A stretch of 64,000 bases of DNA from Pirellulaceae bacterium (GTDB taxonomy: Bacteria > Planctomycetota > Planctomycetia > Pirellulales > Pirellulaceae): the NCBI GenBank assembly GCA_041741715.1, contig JBGSJT010000469.1, positions 14,082 to 78,081 on the forward strand, written 5' to 3'. Of this stretch, positions 37,728 to 46,666 are shown in pieces. Position numbers and translations under genes: made by a program. Each line of letters opens with the position of its first letter. The first letter of the stretch is position 1. The notes beneath the pieces were generated by a model, which had not been told where the DNA came from, did not search any database, and was given only the letters and a program-made list of their open reading frames with translations.

Positions 37728-40580
37728 ATGCACGAACAAGAATACGATTATTTCAATTTTAAGTCTCTGAATCCATGCGACGTTGCGCTTTACAACGCCA
37801 CGCGGTTGCGTACGGACAATTGGCATTTCCTGCGTGACAATGCGCGGCGCCTACACCGCATCACGAAATCGGGCACGCCGGATGAACGGTCCGAAGTGAT
37901 GTGGATCACGGACGCCTGCACCGAAGTTTTCAGTTTTCTCCGCCCCTTGGAGGAATTCTTCGTTTTCCCAGGGAGTCCCGCGTTGGAGCAAGTTGCGGAG
38001 TCCTTTGCGGGTAAACGCTACGAGGACTTCGCTCGGCAGACGATTCGCATGGTACGAATGTTATCCAATGGTCTGTACCGCAAGCTCGATTTAACCGCTT
38101 CGCGCTTGACGGACTACGGTGACTTACTCAACGTCGCCAAACTGAGTGAGGACATTCACACGCGAATTCGGCAAGAGAAACGACCCTACTTTCAGGTTTT
38201 AGTCGTTGACGACGTAACGGATATCGAAGCCAAGGAACTGAGGCGTCAACTGCGAGATCTCCGCAGACCCGACGACTTGTTCTTCTACGAAGTGGTTGTA
38301 GCGCGAAACTATGAAGACGCCCTCCTGGCCGTGCTGATGAATTCGGACATTCAAACCTGCGTCGTTCGCTACAGTTTCCCGTTTCGATCGATAAAACAGT
38401 TCCGACTACTAGAAGAACTCCATTCATTGCTGAAGCACGACGTGCCGCAGATCGAATCATCAATGCCTACCGAGCGAAGCCTGATGCTCGGGAAGTCGCT
38501 CCATTCCCTCCGCCCTGAGCTTGACCTCTATATGGTTACGGACGCACCGGTCGAGAGTATCGTCGGTGAACCAAGTCGAGTTTTCCGAAGAGCTTTTTAC
38601 CACCAGGAGAATTTTCAGGAGATGCACCTGAGCATCTTGAAGGCAGTGAATGAGCGGTACGAAACACCCTTCTTCAACGCACTCAAAAAATACAGCCAAA
38701 AGCCGACAGCCATGTTTCACGCCTTGCCTATCTCGCATTCAGCTACGATTGTGCGGTCGCACTGGATCAAGGACATGGGAGAGTTCTATGGACACAAAGT
38801 CTTCGAAGCGGAAACTTCAGCCACCACCGGTGGGCTTGACTCGTTACTTCAGCCCGGCGGTTCTCTTCGAGACAGCCAGGAGCGGGCAGCGCGTGCCTTC
38901 GGTGCCCGTCGAACCTATTTTGTGACAAATGGTACTTCGACCGCTAATAAGATTGTGATGCAGGCCATCAATCGCCCTGGTGATATCGTGCTGCTGGCAC
39001 ATGATTGTCACAAGTCACACCCGTATGCAGTCATTCTATCCGGCGCGTATCCAATTTACCTAGATGCTTATCCGCTCTCAGAGTATTCCATGTACGGTGC
39101 CGTACCGCTCGTCGAGATAAAGAAACGGCTGCTAGAGCTACGCGCCGCTGGAAAGCTCGATCGCGTGCGGATGCTGCTTCTGACTAACATTACGTTTGAT
39201 GGCATCGTCTACGATCCGATGCGCATCATGGAAGAGGTTTTGGCGATCAAACCCGATATGATCTTCTTATGGGATGAAGCCTGGTGCGCCTACGCACGCT
39301 TTTCGCCTATTTTGCGACGTCGAACAGCCATGTGGTCAGCCGCTGAACTGCGCAAGCGATTCGCCGATCCTAAGTACCGCAAGCAGTATGCAAAGTGGCG
39401 TAGTGAGTTCGACGCGCAGGATCCAAGCGATGATGCAAACTGGCTGGAGCAACGTCTTTTACCAGACCCGGATGAAGCGCGTGTGCGTGTCTATGCGACG
39501 CATTCAACGCACAAAACGCTAACAGCCCTGCGTCAAGGTTCGATGATTCACGTTCACGACCAAGACTTTGAACATCACACCCGCAATGCTTTTAATGAAG
39601 CTTACATGACGCATACTTCTACCTCGCCCAACTACCAGATACTAGCGTCGCTCGATGTCGGGCGGCGGCAAGTTGAGTTGGAAGGTCATGAAATGGTTGG
39701 CCGCAGTATTGAGCTAGCCATGATGCTACGCGAACGGATCACCGCCGATCCGCTCATCAGCAAGTTCTTCACCGTCTTGTCTGCCAAGGACATGATCCAG
39801 CCGGAGTTCCGCCCATCGGGGTTGGAAGAGTATTTCAGCAACAGCGACGGCTGGTGCCGCATGGACAAAGCCTGGTTGGGGGACGAATTTGTACTCGATC
39901 CAACCCGCGTCACTCTGCACGTTGGGCGCACAGGCCTCGACGGGGACACCTTCAAGAAATTGCTGATGGACCGCTTCGACATTCAGATCAATAAGACGTC
40001 GCGTAACACCGTCTTATTCATGATCCACATCGGCATGACGCGCGGAACTATTGCTCACCTGGTAAACGTGTTATCTGAAATCGCGATCGACTTGAATGAC
40101 AAACTCGATCGCTGGAGCCAGGTGGAGTTGGACGTCCATCGACGACAGGTTTATTCACTCAATGAGGACCTTCCGCCACTTCCCAACTTTAGCCGCTTTC
40201 ATCCTGCCTTTTTGACATCGCCTGATAGCGCGACTCCCGAAGGGGATCTGCGCCGGGCGTTCTATCGCGCCTACGACGACGCCGCTTGCGATCATCTCAA
40301 GATCGAAGATGGATCGCTTCTGCAAGCAGTCGAAGCTGGCGGCGATGAAGTGGTCTCAGCAGCTTTCATTACACCTTACCCTCCTGGTTTTCCTGTGCTG
40401 GTTCCTGGGCAAGTCGTAACCCGCGAGATTGTGAGATATCTGATGGCGCTTGATGTAAAAGAAATCCATGGCTACGAACCAACATTCGGCATGCGCTTGT
40501 TTACGGCAGCGGTTGTCGCCTTGGAAGACGAGAAAGTCAACGGTCGTATGCGCTTGCCGCAAGTAGTAAAAAACGCATAA
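37728..40580 (+). CDS. Large Orn/Lys/Arg decarboxylase (fold type I PLP) with N-terminal extension
   Basis: FHALP, ETSATTGGLDSLL, YFVTNGTSTANK, CHKSH, TFDG, WDEAW, PLP-lysine STHK, STSPNY, LDPTRVT, PYPPGFPVLVPGQ. Confidence 0.93.
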   Translation: MHEQEYDYFNFKSLNPCDVALYNATRLRTDNWHFLRDNARRLHRITKSGTPDERSEVMWITDACTEVFSFLRPLEEFFVFPGSPALEQVAESFAGKRYEDFARQTIRMVRMLSNGLYRKLDLTASRLTDYGDLLNVAKLSEDIHTRIRQEKRPYFQVLVVDDVTDIEAKELRRQLRDLRRPDDLFFYEVVVARNYEDALLAVLMNSDIQTCVVRYSFPFRSIKQFRLLEELHSLLKHDVPQIESSMPTERSLMLGKSLHSLRPELDLYMVTDAPVESIVGEPSRVFRRAFYHQENFQEMHLSILKAVNERYETPFFNALKKYSQKPTAMFHALPISHSATIVRSHWIKDMGEFYGHKVFEAETSATTGGLDSLLQPGGSLRDSQERAARAFGARRTYFVTNGTSTANKIVMQAINRPGDIVLLAHDCHKSHPYAVILSGAYPIYLDAYPLSEYSMYGAVPLVEIKKRLLELRAAGKLDRVRMLLLTNITFDGIVYDPMRIMEEVLAIKPDMIFLWDEAWCAYARFSPILRRRTAMWSAAELRKRFADPKYRKQYAKWRSEFDAQDPSDDANWLEQRLLPDPDEARVRVYATHSTHKTLTALRQGSMIHVHDQDFEHHTRNAFNEAYMTHTSTSPNYQILASLDVGRRQVELEGHEMVGRSIELAMMLRERITADPLISKFFTVLSAKDMIQPEFRPSGLEEYFSNSDGWCRMDKAWLGDEFVLDPTRVTLHVGRTGLDGDTFKKLLMDRFDIQINKTSRNTVLFMIHIGMTRGTIAHLVNVLSEIAIDLNDKLDRWSQVELDVHRRQVYSLNEDLPPLPNFSRFHPAFLTSPDSATPEGDLRRAFYRAYDDAACDHLKIEDGSLLQAVEAGGDEVVSAAFITPYPPGFPVLVPGQVVTREIVRYLMALDVKEIHGYEPTFGMRLFTAAVVALEDEKVNGRMRLPQVVKNA

Positions 40581-40687
40581 CTCTATCGCAACTAAATATC
40601 CGTGCGCCGCGTCGAAAGCGACCGTAGCGTGCAGAACAAGAAAAACTGCATATCAATCTGTAACTCGAGAGCCAGGGAGATCGAATA

Positions 40688-42169
40688 ATGTCAGAGTCAA
40701 AGCAACGCACCCTCAAGGGAATTCCTGATATTCGACTGTTCTTTCACCGAAACGAAACCCCCATCTACTTTGTCAGTGCCACCAACTTCAACTTGATGGG
40801 CATTGATGAATGGGTGAGGAATTTTCGTTACATCACCTACATCGATTGTTTTGACGGTCAACATCCGCATGTGATCACACCTACCGAAATTCCGCATCGA
40901 CCGTTTACTTCGATTGAAGACATCAACAACTACCTGCTCGAACACAAAGAGGTGGTCGATATCATCCGGCGGCGTGCCAAAGACGGAAAAGGGGGAAAGG
41001 CAGTCTTTCTGTTTTTTGACGAGCAAACCGAAGCTCTCTGTGAACAATTGGGTTTGGAAGTCTGCTTCCCATCATCCCAACTTCGGCAAGAAATCGATAA
41101 TAAAATCATGACCACGCGTATTGGTAACCGCGCTGGAATTGCGAGCGTACCCAACGTGCTGGCCAAATTGGAGAGCTATCAACACATGCGCGAGTTGACT
41201 GTGAACCTGGGCCAAGACGTGGTCATACAAACGGCCTTTGGAGACTCAGGACATACGACGTTCTTCATCTCAAACGAAGACGACTGGAACAAACATGCTG
41301 CCGAGATTGTCGCGGATCCCGAAGTGAAAATCATGAAACGCATTCGCTGTCGCGGTGCCGCCCAAGAAGCTTGCGTGACGCGACACGGAACTATCGTTGG
41401 CCCGATGATGACCGAGTTGGTTGGATTCAAAGAGCTAACACCCTATCGCGGTGGCTGGTGCGGCAACGAAGTACTGGCCGAGTCATTTTCGCTGGACGTT
41501 CGAGCTAAGGCCTGCGATATGACCTTTCGCTTCGGTGAAGAGCTACGCAAGATGGGCTATCGCGGCTATTTTGAACTTGATTTCCTGCGCGATCTGGATT
41601 CCGACGAACTGTATTTGGGCGAAGTCAACCCTCGGGTTACCGGCGCAAGTGCCATGACGAACTTGGCGGCGTTCGCTCATGCCGACGCTCCACTGTTCCT
41701 GTTCCATCTACTTGAATGGTCGGACGTTGATTTCGAACTTGATGTGGCCGAGTTAAATGCACGCTGGTCTGATCCCGAAAACATTGACAGTTGGGGACAA
41801 TTGGTGATCAAGCATACCGCTGACACAGTCGAGCTCATTACCTCCGCTCCGCAGACAGGTATTTGGCGACTGCACGAAAATGGAAACGTGGAATACGTTA
41901 GAATGCAAACGCACCGACGAACTGTCGAATCGGAGAAAGAAGCGTTTTTTCTGCGCATTGCGAAGCCAGGCGATTATAAGTATGAAGGGGCCGATCTCGG
42001 CATTCTGATCACTCCGGGTCGATTGATGACCGAGGACTTCCAACTCAACGACCGAGCGCTGGCTTGGACTAAAGGTATAGTGTCGGAGTTCAAGTCGCGT
42101 CCGATCCAGCCAGCCGAAGTCGAAGTTGCAGCGGAAGTCGCCGAAGTCGCGAATTTTAAGATGATGTAA
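40688..42169 (+). CDS. ATP-grasp ligase of uncharacterised family (resembles amino-acid/peptide ligases, often mislabelled biotin carboxylase)
   Basis: DNK, QTAFGDSGHTTF, KIMKRI, WCGN, GYRGYFELDF, LGEVNPR (ExNPR); no BCCP or carboxyltransferase gene nearby. Confidence 0.8.
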   Translation: MSESKQRTLKGIPDIRLFFHRNETPIYFVSATNFNLMGIDEWVRNFRYITYIDCFDGQHPHVITPTEIPHRPFTSIEDINNYLLEHKEVVDIIRRRAKDGKGGKAVFLFFDEQTEALCEQLGLEVCFPSSQLRQEIDNKIMTTRIGNRAGIASVPNVLAKLESYQHMRELTVNLGQDVVIQTAFGDSGHTTFFISNEDDWNKHAAEIVADPEVKIMKRIRCRGAAQEACVTRHGTIVGPMMTELVGFKELTPYRGGWCGNEVLAESFSLDVRAKACDMTFRFGEELRKMGYRGYFELDFLRDLDSDELYLGEVNPRVTGASAMTNLAAFAHADAPLFLFHLLEWSDVDFELDVAELNARWSDPENIDSWGQLVIKHTADTVELITSAPQTGIWRLHENGNVEYVRMQTHRRTVESEKEAFFLRIAKPGDYKYEGADLGILITPGRLMTEDFQLNDRALAWTKGIVSEFKSRPIQPAEVEVAAEVAEVANFKMM

Positions 42170-43147
42170 ATGTCTGTCATTTTCCAGGCAATCTCAGAAT
42201 TGCAACCGGGCCCCAAGTGGAAGCAACTGTTCGAACGCATGTGGCCCGCGTATCACCGGTGGTTTCTCAAACAGGGAGATCATGCGCGGCCAAAATTTCT
42301 GAGTAGCGAAGCGGCATTGCAGCGGCACATGCCAGAACTGATGCCGCTCTATTCGCAATTGGTGGAACTGGGTGGAGGATCAGATGCGGTGGCTAGGTTC
42401 CTTAGCCTGTATTGCCCAACGCCCTATTTGTCGGGCTGTTCGCAAGCCGTCTGGACGCGTGACGAGTCGTTTCTGATACGTAACTACGACTACAGTTCCG
42501 ACCTGTGGGAAGGGCTATTGCTGAAGACATGCTGGAACGGTAAGCAAGTTATGGCCATGAGTGATTGCCTGTGGGGCGTGCTCGATGGGATGAACGAAGA
42601 TGGGTTGGCGGTATCGTTGGCCTTTGGTGGACGCAAATCGCTGGGCGAAGGCTTTGGTATTCCATTAATCTTACGTTACATCCTAGAGTTTTGTGACACG
42701 ACGGCGCAGGCTACCGAAGCGCTTAGCCGAATTCCAAGTCACATGGCCTACAATGTAACTGTTCTAGACCGAGCAGGTGCCCATGCGACCGTGTTTATTT
42801 CGCCTGACAAAGAGACGATTGTGTCGCGCCGCACACTCGCCACGAATCATCAAGATACGGTCGACTGGCCCGAGCATGCGAGGGCCACGGCCAGTCTTGA
42901 TCGCGCTCACGTGTTGACACTTCGCCTGCAAGACCCGCATGAGACGCACGAGCGGTTCGTCGCACGATTTCTTGAGCCGCCACTGTACCAGCTCAACCAT
43001 GCTCACGGCTGGGGCACTCTCTACACAACGACCTATAACCCTCAACGCGGCGTACTCACCTGTCGCTGGCCTGGTTACATGCTTGAAAGAACGCTCCAAG
43101 ACTTCACGGAACAATCCATCGCACTGCGATTCTCTTTGAGCTCGTGA
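42170..43147 (+). CDS. Peptidase C45 / Ntn-hydrolase (AAT family)
   Basis: G|CSQ autoprocessing site with nucleophile Cys, RNYDY, DGMNEDGL, ATNHQ; ATG directly follows the ATP-grasp TAA. Confidence 0.85.
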   Translation: MSVIFQAISELQPGPKWKQLFERMWPAYHRWFLKQGDHARPKFLSSEAALQRHMPELMPLYSQLVELGGGSDAVARFLSLYCPTPYLSGCSQAVWTRDESFLIRNYDYSSDLWEGLLLKTCWNGKQVMAMSDCLWGVLDGMNEDGLAVSLAFGGRKSLGEGFGIPLILRYILEFCDTTAQATEALSRIPSHMAYNVTVLDRAGAHATVFISPDKETIVSRRTLATNHQDTVDWPEHARATASLDRAHVLTLRLQDPHETHERFVARFLEPPLYQLNHAHGWGTLYTTTYNPQRGVLTCRWPGYMLERTLQDFTEQSIALRFSLSS

Positions 43148-43361
43148 CTCTTAACGCGATCCCTAAGGTCGAATCCGCGTCGGCAAGATCAGTCGAAAAG
43201 CAAAGCCACGACTTTGTCAGCGATGAGCCGATACCAGGGCCGATGCAAATATTCAAGAAAACTTTCTTGGGTTGCGCGGCGGTTCAAGTTTGTCGCGGCA
43301 ACTGATCGTTTATGCCCAGACTAGTTAGTGTTTCCTCTAAACCTGTATAGGAATCTGAACC

Positions 43362-44231
43362 ATGCGCCGTCGAATCCATTCGTCTCTAGTTGCAACTCTG
43401 ATCATTGGCAGTGCGAGCATCGCGGGCGCACAGCCACCAGGTGGCGGTCCTGGAGGCCGCGGCGGATTCGGAGGTCCAGAGGGGGACATGATGCGCATGC
43501 TGCCAATTATGGCCGCCCTGGATGCTGACGAAGACGGCGAAATCTCAGCAGGCGAAATCGAAAAGTCCATTGCGGCTTTGAAGAGTCTGGACAAGAACGA
43601 AGACGGTAAGCTTACCCAAGACGAATTGCGTCCTGAGTTTGGTCGTGGTGGGCCTGGTGGAGATCGCGGTCGCGGTGGCGCTGAAGGACGGGGCGCTGAA
43701 GGACGGGGCGCTGAAGGGGGTGGCGTCGGTGGCTCAGGTGATATGGTCAGTCGACTGATGGCGCTCGACAAAAACCATGATGGCAAGCTAGCGAAGGACG
43801 AAGTGGAAGGACGCTTGCAAGCCATCTTCGAACGAGCTGACGCCGACAAAGACGGCTTTGCTACGAAAGAAGAGATTGAGAAACTTGCAGGCAGCTCTGC
43901 CGAGAGAGCTGGGCCGCAAGCCGGTGGACTAGGCGAAGGTGGACGTGGTCCAGGAGGGCCTGGCCCGGGTGGTGAAGGAAGAGGTGGTGAAGGAAGAGGT
44001 GGCCCTAGTGGTGAAGGACGAGGCGGTTTTGGCGGTCCACCCAGCCCTGAACAATTCGTAAATCGAGCCTTCGAATTCGATGCCGACAAAGACGGCAAAC
44101 TGAGCAAAGAAGAGTTGACCAAGATGTTCAGCGAAGTTGGACCGATGGGTGGAGGACGCGGTGAAGGTAGGCCCGGAGGTGGAGAACGGGGGCCAGGTGC
44201 TCGCCCTAGTCGCCCGGCTGGCGACAACTAG
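43362..44231 (+). CDS. Secreted Gly-rich EF-hand protein
   Basis: Signal peptide; EF loops DADEDGEISAGE, DKNEDGKLTQDE, DKNHDGKLAKDE, DADKDGFATKEE, DADKDGKLSKEE; GxEGR repeats. Confidence 0.9.
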   Translation: MRRRIHSSLVATLIIGSASIAGAQPPGGGPGGRGGFGGPEGDMMRMLPIMAALDADEDGEISAGEIEKSIAALKSLDKNEDGKLTQDELRPEFGRGGPGGDRGRGGAEGRGAEGRGAEGGGVGGSGDMVSRLMALDKNHDGKLAKDEVEGRLQAIFERADADKDGFATKEEIEKLAGSSAERAGPQAGGLGEGGRGPGGPGPGGEGRGGEGRGGPSGEGRGGFGGPPSPEQFVNRAFEFDADKDGKLSKEELTKMFSEVGPMGGGRGEGRPGGGERGPGARPSRPAGDN

Positions 44232-44287
44232 TACGTTCGCCAATCCGTAGACTCCCTGCGGTCCAGCGACCGCAGCTACGGCTAAGA
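44232..44287. repeat. Degenerate family B REP doublet (copy 6)
   Basis: tacgttcgccaatccgtagactccctgcggtccagcgaccgcagctacggctaaga, immediately after the EF-hand stop. Confidence 0.7.
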
Positions 44288-44355
44288 CGCTATATAATCC
44301 GGCGGTCGATCGCTAGATTTCAACGTCCCTTTTTCGCTCCAATGAACTTGTGTCT

Positions 44356-44724
44356 ATGAAAACGATCGCAGTTGCCTTACTCGCTGTTTTACTGCTTGCG
44401 CGCGGCAGTTGTAATGCCGAAGATTTTTCTTCGTTTCATGAAAATGTTCTCGGTACCTCGCTCGAGCTGCGCATCCGAGCCGACTCATCTGGTGCAGCTT
44501 CGCGCGCAGAACAGTTGGCTTTGCTGGAAATCGATCGACTGAGCAAGATTTTCAGCAGCTACGATGCGAGCAGCGAGTTCAGCAAATTTCAATCGCTGCC
44601 CACTGGTTCGGCCATGCCGGTTTCCAATGAGTTGTACGAAACAATGCAACAATGCGACCAGTGGACGCGAATTAGTCGCGGGGCCTTCAATCCGGGCGTC
44701 GAACAACTTTCACGACAATGTTAG
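44356..44724 (+). pseudogene. apbE: FAD:protein FMN transferase (ApbE-like), N-terminal fragment
   Basis: Signal peptide, ENVLGTSL, EIDRLSKIFSSYDASSE, VSNELY, SRGAFNP, then a stop after 122 aa; catalytic C-terminal half absent. Confidence 0.8.
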
Positions 44725-44885
44725 CTGTAGCGGTTCCTTGTCCCTGGCCAACGTCGCTGCGGACAACGACACGGCTGAATTTTGGAACAAGTCAAAGTGG
44801 TTTGAAGCGAAGTATCCATGAATTTTATGCGGCGGGTTTGGAACGCAATCGCAACCATTACCCCAGCGGCAGCCGATGGTGCACT

Positions 44886-45461
44886 GGCATGGTCCCGGCT
44901 GGATACAAACGGTCGTTAAATGTGTCGCTGGACATGGCGGATGAAGACCAACGTTTGCTCGGCTACAAGACGCTCAATCTGCTCAACGGCGCGAGCGACG
45001 AATCAATGCTGAGCAGCGTCCTGTATTCCAATATCGCTCGCCAGTACATGCCCGCCATGAAAGCTAACTTTGTTCGCGTAGTCATCAACGGCGAAAACTG
45101 GGGGATCTACTCGAATGTGCAACAGTTCAATAAAGAGTTCTTAGTAGAAAACTACAAGTCGGACAAAGGGGCGCGATGGAAAGTCAGCGGTTCGCCTCGC
45201 GGAGGGGGTGGGCTGGACTATCGCGGCGATGATCCGGCGAACTACGGGCATCCTTACGAACAGAAATCTGGCGGCAAGCAGGCGACGGCCAAGTTGATTG
45301 AGCTGTGCCGCGTGCTCGATCAGACGCCAACGGAAGCGTTGCCTGCTGCCCTTGAACCGATCGCCGATGTGGACGAGTTGCTGTGGTTCTTGGCGCTCGA
45401 TAATGCACTCATCAACTCCGATGGCTACTGGATTCGAGCCAGCGACTACAACATCTATCTA
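44886..45461 (+). pseudogene. CotH kinase family, internal fragment
   Basis: KRSLNVSLD, YKTLNLLN, NFVRVVINGENWGIY.NVQQ, LALDNALINSDGY, SDYNIYL; both termini missing. Confidence 0.75.
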
Positions 45462-45462
45462 G

Positions 45463-45813
45463 TGGGCTCGCGAACACCTGGGTGTCGATGCGCACTGCAA
45501 CGACTCAATGGGGGATAGCTATGACGTTAACACGCTGTACCTTGACACGCCCGAGCTGGACCTATTCCATCGCACGGGAGAATTGGGAAATGCGAAGCAT
45601 CGTATCCGCCGCTATGGTGACGAATCCACATTGTGGGTTGAAACCAAAAGCAAGAAAGCCAACGTCGTCAACAAGAATAGAACGGCGACCAACGAAGTGG
45701 AAGTAATCTCGCGACTATCAGATTTTGCCAACCAAACTCCGTGGTGTGGCGATTGTTTCGCGGGGCGGATAATTGAACGACGTTTACAACCCACCGTTCA
45801 AATCCACTACTGA
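45463..45813 (+). pseudogene. VTC (polyphosphate polymerase) domain, internal fragment
   Basis: WAREHLGVDAH...YDVNTLYLDTP, KHRIRRYG, WVETK, NKNRT, LQP...Y; lacks the N-terminal ExK motif and the C-terminal RxTxD/ExK. Confidence 0.75.
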
Positions 45814-46453
45814 AGTTGACGCCAATGTTCCCACCGTCGCGATGCGTCTGACGGTTGCCTGGGTTTGCGGATGGACGATCGCGATGATCGCACGCAGTAA
45901 ACGCCCCGTTGGTGCGGTGGACACACTTTCGCTCACGCTGATCCTGATGAGCATTCTCATAGCGATGGCCACGCAGATCATCGGTGACAACATTGCCCGG
46001 GCATTCAGCCTCGTCGGCGCGCTTTCGATTGTCCGTTTCCGCACCGCCGTTCCGGAAACTCGCGACGTTGCATTCGTGCTCGCGGCGGTCGTGCTAGGCA
46101 TGGCTGTCGGAGCGGGACAATATTGGGTTGCCGGCATAGGACTGCTCGCCGTTGGTTTGGCAACACAGTTCAATGCATCTCCGAAAACAACTATCGAAAC
46201 CCCGTCGCTTTCAACGAATACTTGGCGACTGACGCTTAAGGTTGGCTTGCACACCATCGATGGTTGGGAACCGGAGCTGGATCGGATGACCGAATCCTAC
46301 CAACTCGTCAGCGCTGAAACGACTCGTCGCGGTGGAGCACTGGAACTCGTCTATCGCTATCAACCACGCGAGGGCTTTGACGCGAGCAAACTTATTGCTT
46401 CGCTTAACGCGATCCCCACTGTCGAGTCCGCATCCGCCAAACCTATTGCTTAA
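45806..46453 (+). CDS. DUF4956 membrane protein (5' end possibly clipped)
   Basis: LIAMATQIIGDNIARAFSLVGALSIVRFRT, RDVAFV, GMAVGAG; first in-frame ATG at 45842. Confidence 0.8.
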   Translation, partial: TTEVDANVPTVAMRLTVAWVCGWTIAMIARSKRPVGAVDTLSLTLILMSILIAMATQIIGDNIARAFSLVGALSIVRFRTAVPETRDVAFVLAAVVLGMAVGAGQYWVAGIGLLAVGLATQFNASPKTTIETPSLSTNTWRLTLKVGLHTIDGWEPELDRMTESYQLVSAETTRRGGALELVYRYQPREGFDASKLIASLNAIPTVESASAKPIA

Positions 46454-46666
46454 ACCTCAATCTTCCATCGACTGGGCATTCAACCACTTCTGTTTTGAGC
46501 TTCTTCGCCATTGGCTCCATAACGGTATCCAAAAGGGTACTACTAACATCCACGCCCATACTTGATTGTTGATTCGCCCGGGGGTAGAAGTCAAGGATGG
46601 TCCTGAAACGATGTTGGAAAAGTATCAATAAGTAGGCGTGATGCAAAAAGTTTTTGGAGCAGCTCA

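Noticed and set aside
43337-44227. 296-aa Pro/Ser-rich ORF on the minus strand
   Set aside because: Antisense shadow of the Gly-rich EF-hand gene.
44718-45518. 266-aa ORF as an intact CotH protein
   Set aside because: Only 44886-45461 resembles CotH; both ends are out-of-frame read-through of other fragments.
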